A stretch of DNA of 64,000 nt, from the NCBI GenBank assembly GCA_951406725.2, contig OX597828.1:70308001-70372000 (forward strand). The letters run 5' to 3'. Source of the stretch: Octopus vulgaris (taxonomy: Eukaryota). The stretch's first letter is position 1. Each line of letters starts with the position of its first letter. Both the position numbers and the translations under genes were made by a program. The notes under the pieces are model-generated. The model was not told the origin of the DNA, searched no databases, and saw only the letters and a program-made list of their open reading frames with translations. This document shows, in pieces, positions 1-11,800 of this stretch.

Positions 1-438
1 ATGTGGTTGGTAAGCAAGTTATTTACCACACAGCCACTCCTGTATGAGTGTATGTATATATTTACACACACACACACACACATGCAAATCCAGGTGCATA
101 TTTACATGTAGGTGTGCATGTCTTGTGAGAGAAGTGAGAAAGAGAGAAAGAGCGAATCCGAGATTGTGAGAATGCTGTGTACCTCTTCAGAAAGATCACT
201 CGATCAAGCTGGGATGGTTTGATGCATCCAGTTGCCCCCGAACATGAATATCCCTTTCTCACACGCAATCTTCCCTCAACACTCACGTGCAATACACACA
301 CATTGAAACAAACACACACACACAAACACACACAAACACATGTATGTATAAATATGTATTATGTATAGTTAGTATGTATGCTTATATGGGTTTAGGTATC
401 TATGTGTGAATGTGTATATTTATATATGTATGTGTGAG

Positions 439-471
<33 letters not shown>

Positions 472-1446
472 TTTGTGCATGTCTGTGTTTATGTGTATGC
501 ATGCATGTGTATGTGTGTGTGTCTCTGTGTGTTTGTGTGTGTGTAAATATACATACATAATGCACATGTGTATTAAATGTGTATGTAAACAGATATGTGT
601 GTGTACATGTGTGAATATATGTATGCACAAATTTATCGCTGTGTATGCATTTATGTGCATGTATACATATGTATGTATAAATGTGAACGTATGTATATTT
701 GTACATAGAACCATATGTGTGTATGTGTATGTGTGTGTTGTGCCATTGCTCCCTCTGCTGATAGTGACACCTCTAATATTAACCATGTGACCATCACAAA
801 CTGCTAGATTTTTCTAGATAAGCTGGTATATTCAGATAAAATATTTACAACACAGAATGTTCTTTATCACCTGATAATTGAATAATTATATCAATAAGCT
901 GTGTGTGTATGTGTTTGTGTGTGTGTATGTGTGTTTGTGTGTGTGTATTTATGCGTTACTCTTTGCATATATATATATGTGTATATGCATTTATATGTGT
1001 TTGTGCAGATATATGTATGTAATATTTGCATGTTAAGTTATGCATGTGTACGCATATTTGCGTGTATGTCTATGTGTGTACTCATATATTATTCTCAGTA
1101 TGTGTGTATGTGTATGTGTGTATGTACATGTGCATGTGTGTGTCAGTATGTGGATGTGTGTGTGTGTGGTGTGTGTGTGTGTGTTTACGTCCCCAAACTA
1201 GAATGTACAGAAACGTGCAGATGGATTGAGGTGGGTGTGTGTTTAATTTCATGTTCAAACATGTCATTTTGTGGATATATATATATATATGTATGTATGT
1301 ATAAATACATGTGTGTATGTGTGTGCATGTGCACACGTGTGTGTATGTGTGTGTGTGTTATGCATATTGTATGTATGTACGTGTGAATATATATATATAT
1401 AGAGAGAAAGATGGAGAAAGAAAGAGAGAGAGAGAGAAAAGGGAGA

Positions 1447-1490
<44 letters not shown>

Positions 1491-1602
1491 CACATATAAA
1501 TGTGTATATACACACATATATGTATATATACATTCTATATATTTATATATATATACTTGTATGTGTGTGTGTTTATATAAATATATATATATGTATATAC
1601 AT

Positions 1603-1639
<37 letters not shown>

Positions 1640-1730
1640 TTCATCTTAAAAAAGTATGACTCTGTAGAGGCTTAACAAACCCCGTATTTTCGCATTTCTA
1701 CATTTTTCTCTTCCTCTGTTTCCTTTGCAG

Positions 1731-2313
1731 GATGTGCAGCAGCAAACAGCATCACAGCAACCAACTCCACCTCCACCAACGGCAACAACATCCTCATCAA
1801 ATGAGGCAACAGGTGGCGCTGAAGCCGGTGTGATTGTCTCTCAGCCACCTTTACCACCGCCACGCCGCAAACTGAGAAAGGCCCATTCCACAAACCAGAC
1901 CACTTTGCCCAGCAAGGAGTCGGATGTGAGCGGGAAGGCCACAGCAGAGGTCCACAGCAGTGGCAGTAGCAGTAGTAAGGTTCCACCAACCCCTAAACCG
2001 AAACCTCTCTCCAAATCGGTGAAGCACGCTCACTCAGTCCCTGCACCGACAGACAAAGGAAGGCAGGTGCACAGTGCTGCAACCTCTACAGCAGCAGCAG
2101 CAGGAGGAGATGTACCATCAGCAGCAGTAGCAACGGGCATCAGCAGCAATAACAGAGAGACAGGCAGAAAAGCATCGACTGTCTCATCGTCATCGTCGAA
2201 GGGGCTGTCGTCTGACAAGAAGACGGCGGTCAAGAGTAGTAGTGAGCCTGCTGCTGTGGAACCGGGTGTGGTGTTTCCGTGCCAGTCAGCTGCCGGACCT
2301 TCACGACTGAGAG
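1731..2313 (+). CDS. PCLO: Piccolo-like exon A (Pro/Ser/Ala-rich, DVQQQ...PSRLR)
   Basis: Pyrimidine tract + tttgcag|GAT acceptor (phase 0); donor GAG|gtgagt (phase 1); non-repetitive coding-like sequence; phase matches exon at 29371. Confidence 0.8.
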
Positions 2314-2457
2314 GTGAGTCAAACGTCAACCACTTCATTCCTCTTCTTTTTTTCTTTTCTGTTTCTCTTCTTCTTGTTCTTTGTCATTGTTCTTCCTCTT
2401 CTTCTTCTTCTTCTTTCACCTCATTTTACTCTTGCCTCTTTGTCTTGTTACAACTTT

Positions 2458-2525
<68 letters not shown>

Positions 2526-3058
2526 TTACTACTACTTATAATGATGATGATGATGCTAAAAATTTCGAATTCAGGCCACCTGTGCAGGTGGGGTTAGTTG
2601 TTTACATTGACTCCAATATTTGAACATGTTCCTTATCAACCCTCAAATGGATGAAAGGCAAAAATCAACTCCCACAAAATTTGAACTCAGAACGTGAAGT
2701 GGCTGAAGAATCGCTGCTGAGCATTTTGCCTGACTCACTAAAAGTTCTTCCAGTTCACCACCACCACCACCACCACCTTCTTCTCCTTCTCTTCCATCCC
2801 CCCCCCACCATCCTCATTATTATTATTATCTAAGGTTGTGAGCTGGCAGAACCGTTAGCACACTGGATGAAGTGCTTAGCAGTATTTCCCCCATCGCTAC
2901 GTTCTGAGTTCAAATTCTGGTGAGGTCGACTTTACTTTACATCCTTTTGGGGATCAATAAAATAAGCACCAGTTGAAAACTGGGGTCAATGTAATCGACT
3001 TAATCCCCACTCCCCCAAGCTGCCCTTGTGACAAAAATTTGAAATAATAATAATAATA

Positions 3059-3134
<76 letters not shown>

Positions 3135-3837
3135 ATGTCATTATTATTGTTATTATTTAAGGCGATTTATTTGAGTATACCCACCCCAGCAAATCTGTTT
3201 CCTTGTCATTTTGTCCTTCCTTATGTTCTGGGTTCAAATTCTGCTGAGAATCATTATAAGCCCTTTTTAGGGTTAAGATCTGTGCTAGAACACTGAACAA
3301 ATGTCCTTGAGCTGATCAACTAACTACCTCCCCCACTAAAGTTTGCAGGTCTTCTGCCTAAACTAAAGACAGTTATTATAAAGGGTAGCAGACTGGGAAT
3401 GTGGCAGTTTGTGGCTTAGTGGTTAGGGTATTTTGCTCATGATCATAGGACTGTGGTTTCAATTCCTGGACCAAGTGATGTTCTCTGTTTATCTTCTTGA
3501 GCCAAACACTTCATTTCACATTCCTCCACTCCTCTCAAATGGCAAAAAAATTAGTAACCCCATGACAAGCTAGTGTCCTGTCTAGTGGGGAATATTTACA
3601 TCAGAAAATCTGGGAAACTGGCCTTATGAGCTGATGGCTTGGGAAGGACCTTTGGTCCCCATTTTTTTTAGACTAGTAATATCATTTGACAGCCTGACAA
3701 AATACCTTGTGGTATTTGTTCCAGATCTTTACCACATGAGTTCAATTTTCCCTAAGATCAAGTTTGCCTTCCTTCCTTCCTTCTGGGCTTGATAAAATGA
3801 ACACCAACAAAATACCTGTGCCAGTCTAAATTGACTG

Positions 3838-4050
3838 ACATCTCACCTGATTTGTGTAGCCTTGTATAATGTTTCACCTGAACTGATTGATCTTGCCTTG
3901 TGTAATATCTCACCTGACTGAATTGTGTGTTATTGTGTAATATCTCACCTGAATTGTGACTTTGTATGACATCTCACCTGAAATCTGTGATCTTGTATTA
4001 TATCTCACCTGGATTATGTGACCTTCATTAATATGTCACCTGAATTGTAT
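3838..4050. repeat. ~33-bp degenerate minisatellite
   Basis: Recurrent atctcacctga. Confidence 0.75.
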
Positions 4051-4348
4051 GATTTTATGCATAAGTTATTATCATCATCATCCTCATCATTATTATCATT
4101 ATCATCATCATCATCATCATCATTATTGCCATTAAGGTGGCAAGCTGGCAGAGTCGTTAGCATGCTGGACAAAATACTTAGCGGTATTTTGCCTGTTGCT
4201 ACGTTCTGAGTTCAAATTCCGCTGAGGTTAACTTTACCTTTTATCCTTCGGGGTTAATGAAATAAGTACCAGTTGAGTACTGGGGTCAATGTAATCAACT
4301 ATCCCCCTTCCACAAAATTACTGCCCTTGTGGCAAAATTTGAAACCAA

Positions 4349-4382
<34 letters not shown>

Positions 4383-4639
4383 GTTGTTGTGTTCTGGTAG
4401 AATTGTTACCATACCAGACAAAATGCTTAGTGGCATTTCATCTGAGGTTGACTTTGCCTTTCCTCCTTTTTTGGGACCAATAAAATAAGTACCAGCTGAA
4501 CACTGGGGTTGATCTGATCAACTAGTCACCACTCAAAAAATTTCATGCCTTGTGCCTATAGCAGAATGGATTATCATCATCATCGTCATCGTCATCATCA
4601 TTATCATCATCATCATCATCATCATTATCATCGTCGTCG

Positions 4640-4718
<79 letters not shown>

Positions 4719-4931
4719 TGTCATCATCATCATCATCAAGGCAGCAAGCTGGCAGAATTGTTAGCATGTTTGGAAGAAATGCTTTGTGGGATTTCTTCTG
4801 GTTGACTACATTCTCAGTTCAAATTCCATCAAGGTCAACTCTGCTTTTCATTTTTCTGGGGTCAATAAAAAAAGTACCAGTTGAACACTAGAATGATTTG
4901 AAACTGTTATCATCATTACCAAATTTTTTAA

Positions 4932-4973
<42 letters not shown>

Positions 4974-6172
4974 ACGCGTACAGTATAAAGAAACTTATTT
5001 CCATGAAAGTAAGTGATAATGGTGTTTGGTTCTGGAGTGAGGTAGTTATGTCAAGCATTGGTAACTAAGAGGAAGTAAATTTAAAGACAAGGGCAGTCCT
5101 GATGGGTGGTCGATAGTATGTCAAGCCATGTCATTATTTAACCCAAGGAAGGCAGCGAGCTGGCAGAATCGTTAGCACACCGGGTGAAATGCTTTGCAGT
5201 ATTTCGTCTGCAGCTACGTTCTGAGTTCAAATTCCGCCAGGTCGACTTTACTTTTCATCCTTTCGGGGTCAATAAACTAAGCACTAGTTACACACTGGGG
5301 TCGATGTAATTGACTTAATCCATTCGTGTGTCCTTGTTTGTCCCCTCTGTGTTTAGCCCCTTGTGGGTTGTAAAGAAATAGGTATTTCACCCATCGCTAT
5401 GTTCTGAGTTGAAATTCTGCCGAGGTTGATAAATTAAGTACCAGTTGCATACTGAGGTTGGTGTAATCGACTTAATCCCCCCACCCCAAAATTTCAGGCC
5501 TTGTGCCTTCAGTAGAAAGGATTATTTAACCCAAGGCCAGATGTCTGATTGACAATATTTCAGCAGCCATGAACTACATTATCCTATATGTGTCCTTTCC
5601 TTCCTCAACATGGTAGGATAAGATTTGATGGTAATTTGCTGCTATTTCTAGTGAGTCAAGTGACTCTCTCATTGTGTTGGAAACATAGAAAGTAAAAGCA
5701 ACTGATGTAAGAAGATGGGTGGGGTAGATGGTGCAGAGGTAAGACAATAACATAAGATGACATTTACATTTCAGCAGTGGTGGTCACCATGTATTTGATA
5801 TTAGCAATAATTGTTGTATTAAGGATTGAAATGGAATTTGGTGAAATACATGAAATATTCCCCACTTTTTTTTGCTGCTGCATTTAGGGTGTCATATGAC
5901 ATTAGAGAAGTGGTCCCTAATGGTATTTGGGAGCGGGGGGGAGCAGAACGGTGGTGGTGGGGAGGTAGGGGAATTACACTAATGAGATGACTCAGAAGTG
6001 TGTAACAACCATTTGTAGAGTGGTGGTGTGAAGGGGGAAGGGATGACAAAGGGGTTTATTGGTGGTGGTGGTGGTGGTGGTGGTGGTGATGGTGGTGGTG
6101 GTGGTGGTGGTAGTGGTGGTGGTGGTGCTGGTGATGATTTGGATCATGATAGGGATCATGACAATGAACACA

Positions 6173-6208
<36 letters not shown>

Positions 6209-6439
6209 GTGACAGTAACGTTTGTGATCATGACAATGATGATGATGAGGAGGCGGTGGTGGAGGGGGAGAAGGAGGACAATGTTAGTGGTGGTGATTCT
6301 ACAAAGATGATTAAAGCAGAAACTCATCTAATTTACTAACATCATGTCAGAGAATCCACATTCCACATGTCTGACGTACTTCTTCTCTCCCTCTGTACTC
6401 CGTTTTCTCTTTTTCTCCTCTCCCTCCTCAGTCAGGGGA

Positions 6440-6852
6440 AGAAGAAAGAGTTAGAGAGAGGCAAAGAGGCAGAGATAAAAAGAGAGAGAGAGAAAGAAAG
6501 AGAGGGAGAGGAAGAAACAAAGAGAGAGAGAAAGAAAGAAAGGGAGACAATGAGGCAGAGACAAAAAGAGAGAGAGAGAAAGAAAAAGACAGAGAGAGAG
6601 AGAGACAAAGAGAGAGAAAGAAAGAGAGAAAAGGAGACAATGAGGCAGAGACAAAAAGAGAGAGACAAAGAGAGACAAAGAGAGAGAGAGAAAGAAAGAA
6701 AGAGAGAAAGACAGAGAGGGAGAAAGAAAGAAAGAAAGAAAGAGAGAAAGACTGAGAGAGAGAGAAAGAAAGAGACACAGAGAGAGGGAGCGAGAGAGAG
6801 AGAGAAAGAAAGAGACAGAGAGAGAGAAAGAAAGAGAGAGATAGAGACGAGA
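6440..6852. repeat. Purine-rich (GA/GAAA) tract with internal duplication
   Basis: ggagacaatgaggcagagacaaaaagagagagag occurs twice. Confidence 0.9.
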
Positions 6853-6973
6853 TAGCGGCAGGAGTTAATAGATATTATTTTCTATCTCTTTGACTTTTTG
6901 CTCAGTCGATTGATTGATTCTCTTTGTTCTCTCCTACTCTTACTACTCCCCTTGCTTCGTACAACATCATTAG

Positions 6974-7021
6974 ACACGCTACCACCTCTGGAGAGTACTG
7001 GCTGTAGCTTGGCCAGGACAG
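6974..7021 (+). CDS. Candidate 48-nt cassette microexon (DTLPPLESTGCSLART)
   Basis: Long pyrimidine tract with TGC, cattag|AC acceptor, CAG|gtcagt donor; phase 1-1, open frame, fits intron 1. Confidence 0.55.
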
Positions 7022-8046
7022 GTCAGTTCCATTGTGTGAAGTCATTAACTGAACCGTTCCCTCCATAGTGTTGTTGACACTTACTTCCAGATCTATATTT
7101 TACACAATTCAATCATTATTCACCGTTGCGTGGGTTCAAATTGGACCATTGCCATATAACAACCGAACCGACAGTGGGGCAGTAGAGCAGCTGGTCAGTG
7201 AGTAACAGAGCATCTATCCATCCATTTGTTCATTCATTCAATCATTCATTGCTGATCAATGTCTCTTCTGATCAGGAACACCAGCTGTCGTAGCGCCATC
7301 TACTGTCAGAAGATGGAGTTAACTCCTCTCGCTTGATTGAACATTCCGGAAATTATTGGTTAAGTTTCTCATCACAACAATCATCTCTTTACAAACTGGC
7401 AACATTCCACCACAGCTCATGTGGTGGTGGTGTGTAGTAGGTGGAGCAGTGACCCAGAGGTTCCCTCATTGGTTTGTCCCTGTGGGGAGATAGAGGTGAG
7501 GGGGTGGAGTAAAGGCAGGTAGAAAAATAGTGAGAATGATATCGAGTCTTTGTGATAGTCATGCCTCTCCTGGTAATGGAAATACCATTAGTACAGTAGT
7601 AGAAGCATTTAATGCAACTAAAGGCATGAGAAATGCGATGTTGTGATAGGTATGCCTTTCCAAAGATATGGTTTCAAACAGTAGCTAAAACTGAGTCGTG
7701 GATTTACTTTAGGTTTTGTTGCATAAGCCTTGGTCAAATGTGTTCAAGCAGACCAGGGGTTATTCCACAAGTGATCAGCCAAACAACTAGGCCTATAAAC
7801 CATCAGCTGAGTGACCAGAGATTTTAAGGGTCTCCTGAAAGGCTTGGTTGGAGGCCCAACCATCTAAGTTCATTTACAGGGCTTAGAAAAGCTGACGGAC
7901 TGCTACAATAAGTGTGTGAAAATGAGAGAGGGATATGTTGAATAAAATCATAACTGACTGATCCACCTGTAATTTCTTTTACCCCAAAACAGGAACTTTA
8001 CAGCACCCTCCCCATACACACACACACATATAATATATATATATAA

Positions 8047-8470
8047 AACCTCCTCGAGGAATGTGAAGACACAGGCTGGAAAGCGGAACATTTTCCTATC
8101 AAAGTCGGATGTAGAGGGTTTGTTGGACATAGCATGAGACGACTGTTGTTATTGCTAGGCCTAACTCATCATAAAGTCAATACCACCATGACTGATATCC
8201 AATCTACAGTGGAGAAGGCTAGCCACTGGATTTGGTTAAAAAGAGACGATGAGCGATGGCTAGAAGTATATTGAGTTCTCCATAACCAGCTGATCTTGCA
8301 AGCGGGGCCTCATATCAGTGAGGGGGGCCGGTGCGCATTGATGCCGTCGAGAGGTAGGCCCCGAAATGGCGCGCATTCTCTCCTGATGACCCCATACACT
8401 TGCTAGTTTCCGGTATACGGAGCTTTTAACTGGTAGCACTTGCATGTGCAAGTTGTTTGCAAAACATGTA
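8047..8470 (+). mobile_element. HERO-clade (RLE-type non-LTR) retrotransposon 3' fragment
   Basis: Open frame 8047-8274 reads NLLEECEDTGWKAEHFPIKVGCRGFVGHS...VEKASHWIWLKRDDERW, matching the HERO C-terminal signatures (PIEVGCRGF, W.WLKR) as I recall them; GC-rich 3'UTR follows. Confidence 0.8.
8304..8393 (+). ncRNA. Candidate permuted hammerhead ribozyme in HERO 3'UTR
   Basis: GUC site 8346-8348, GAAA 8363-8366, CUGAUGA 8383-8389, each flanked by complementary stems (see findings). Confidence 0.6.
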
Positions 8471-8471
8471 T

Positions 8472-8690
8472 ATATGGCATGCTGAAAAGTTCCTGGCTTT
8501 AAGGGTATCATGAAAGGCCTGGTTGGAGGCCCAACACACTGAGTTCTTTTTACAGGGTTGAGAAAAACTGAAGAACCGCTGCAATAAGTGTGAATCTGAG
8601 AGGAGAATATGTTGAATAAAATCATAATTAACTGATCCTCCTGTATCTTCTTTTACCCAAAGCCATAAACTTTTCAGCCCCACCCCCTTG
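8472..8690. mobile_element. Mariner MITE (second related copy ~7820-8012)
   Basis: gctgaaaagttcctggcttt ... aaagccataaacttttcagc TIRs; internal LRGEYVE-like transposase end. Confidence 0.65.
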
Positions 8691-10270
8691 TACACTCTGA
8701 CATAAAGTGATATATTGTGTGAGGTGTAGTGGGAACAGTTTAGACACATAGCCTACTGTCAACTGCCCAGCCTACTTCTGTAAGCCTGCAGATATCAACT
8801 GGCAGTGGTCACTGTGGAATCAAGCAAGCTGGACTCCATCAAAGTGCAGCAGTTGCTGTGTGACCTTTATCCTACCTTGGTGTTTGGGTTAGTAGGACCA
8901 TTGACCATGTATCTAGGTTTGTATGTAATGTGTGGGTGGGGAGATGATGTTTATACGATGTGTAGTGATAGTGGTGGTGGGGATGGGGAGGTTACGGTGT
9001 ACAGCAGGAATGATGATAATTGTGATGATGGTGGTGGTGGGAGGAATGTTATTGATGATGGTGGTGGTTTGTTGTGAAGCTGTATAATGCCGGTAGTAGT
9101 AGAAGTAGTAGTAGTGGTGGTAGTAGAGGTTATAGTGGTTGTGATAGCATGAGTTGATAATCATAGCGGTGGCGGTGGTGGTGGCAGTGGTAGTGATGAT
9201 GATGATGGTGATGATGGTGGTGGTGGTTAATGCTGCCAGTGGTAGTGCATAACAATGATGGTGGTGATGGTGGAAGTAGCAATTAGTGCTAATGATATAC
9301 ACAATGTATAGAGGTGGTGGTGGTGGTGTTGGTGGTGGCAGTGATGGTTATGATGTATGGGTGCTAGTGGTTATGACAGTGGTTGTGACAGTGGGAGTGC
9401 GGGGAGGCAGGGCGGGGAGCAAACGTGATGGCTGCAATTTAATTAAGCTCAATAAATGACCGGTACTTTATGATTTTTTAAGAACAAAGGATAAAATTGA
9501 CCTCACTACAATTTGAACTCAGGACATAAAAGAACATACGGAAAACACCACACTGCTCTTGGCAGTATGTCCTCCCTCCATCCCACCCTCCCTCCCTCCT
9601 TTCTCCTCTCTCTTTCCCACCAGCTCTCCTCTTTACTTTTAAAAATTATGTTGTAATTAATAAAGTTAATTAACAACATCATCTTTCATATACATATATA
9701 TGCGTGTGTGTATATATATATATGTATGTATGTATGTATACACACACAAACACACACACACACACATACACACACACACACACATATATATGCACACACA
9801 CATAAACGCTGACATAGCTGTGTGGTAAGAAGCTTCCTTCTGAACCACATGGTTTCAAGTTCAGTCCCACTGCATAGCACCTTGTGCAAATATCTCATAC
9901 GAAAGCTTTGGGCCAGCCAAAGGCTTGTTAGGGGATTTCACAGATGGAAACTGAAAGAAGCCCAAGTCAACACTGTAAAGAGTTTGGCATTATGAAGGGC
10001 ATCCAGCTGTAAAAGCCATGCTAAAAGAGACATTGGAGCTTGGTGCAGTCCTCTGGCTTGCTGGCTCCTGTCCAACCCATGCCAGCATGGGAATCACACC
10101 TTAAATGATGGTGATGATGATGATATATGTATATGTGGTCATGTGTACGTATGTATATGTGTGTGTGCATGTGTGTGTGTATGTGTGTGTGTTTATGTAT
10201 ATAATACATATTATCTATCTGTCTACCTCCCCTGTCACATTCCCCTTCAATGCAGCATGCTAATTTTCCT

Positions 10271-10313
<43 letters not shown>

Positions 10314-10663
10314 TCCCACTACATCTCCCTACATACAACTTTCCCTTCATAAAGACTTCTCCTTAACACCTCTCTCATCCACAATCACATATAACTATGC
10401 TGGTGTAGGAGTGGTGGGGGGGATGTGGTTGTGATGTGATGACATTGGTGGTGGTGGTGGTGGTGGTGGTGGTGGAGATAGTTTAGGGAGAAATGAAGGT
10501 ATGAGGCCTCTCCCCCCACCCCCTCCTAGTGAAGTGGTCAGGGGATGTGTCAGTGTCTTGTTGAGCAAATAAAACCTCTCAAATTGACTCCAGTGAACAG
10601 ATACTGATGTAGCATCTCCTCCTCCTTGACCTCCTTCATCACCCTCCCCCACCCCACACACAC

Positions 10664-10695
<32 letters not shown>

Positions 10696-11720
10696 AACAT
10701 TGACACAATACATTAAAAGATCAGATAAAGGCTTGGCAGAGCAACACATGAATGGAATGTCTTGCTAAAACACACACACACAAGCACGCACACGTGCAAA
10801 CACACACACACACACACACACACACGCAAGCACACATGCGCATGCACACACACACACATGCATGCACACTGACACACACACATACATATACCTTCTTGCA
10901 TGCAAACATATAGCCATATACTTACAGAACAATATATACACACACATAGCTGTGCGCACACACATACACACATACACATACATATCCACAGACAAACATA
11001 TTCACATACATGTAGATACACAAGAGCATGCACACACACACACACACACACGAACATGCTAATGAGGTAGTGATTGGGGTGGGTGGGGGTGGAGTGCAGG
11101 GTGGGGCAAGGGATCAAACAGGGGAATTCGTTTTATTCTATAATAGCATTATTTGGACTGAATTTGTCCTGCCTCCTCATCTTCCTCTTCCTCCTCTTCC
11201 TCCTCCTCTTCCTCCTCCTCATCTTCTTCCCTCTCCTCCTCCCCCAACCCCTTGAAATAGCAGGAATTAACAAAAGCATAATAATAAAACACCAAATACA
11301 TAAATTATTTAAAGAAAATTTATAAATGAAAGAAAAAACAAATATACAAAATTTTGTCGAAAAGATGAGCCAATGGAGTGAAAACTGGGAAGGGGTGGGG
11401 GGCAAGGCTGGATCTGGAGTTATGTGTATGGGTGTTGAGTAACAGGAAGAAATAGGGTGATAAAACATAGATCTGTTCCCATATACATATTTATTCTTTT
11501 CTTTTTTTTTTTACTTGTTTCAGTTATTTAATTGTGGCCATGCTGCAGCACCGCCTTTAGTCTAGCAAATCGACCCCAGTACTTATTCTTTGTAGGCCTA
11601 GTACTTATTCTATCGGTCTCTTTTGCCGAACCACTAAGTTACACACCAACGTAAACACACCAGCATTGGTTGTCAAGCGATGGTAGGGAAACAAGCACAA
11701 ACACACAAACATATACACAC

Positions 11721-11795
<75 letters not shown>

Positions 11796-11800
11796 CAAAT

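Noticed and set aside
62-1675. Many ORFs such as [12 protein letters not shown], poly-D/I/M/S here and across the window
   Set aside because: Translations of (TA/TG/CA), (CAT), (TTA) and (CTT) microsatellites; no coding signal.
6367-6855. 162-aa E/R/K-rich ORF
   Set aside because: Product of a GA-rich tract; no credible donor.
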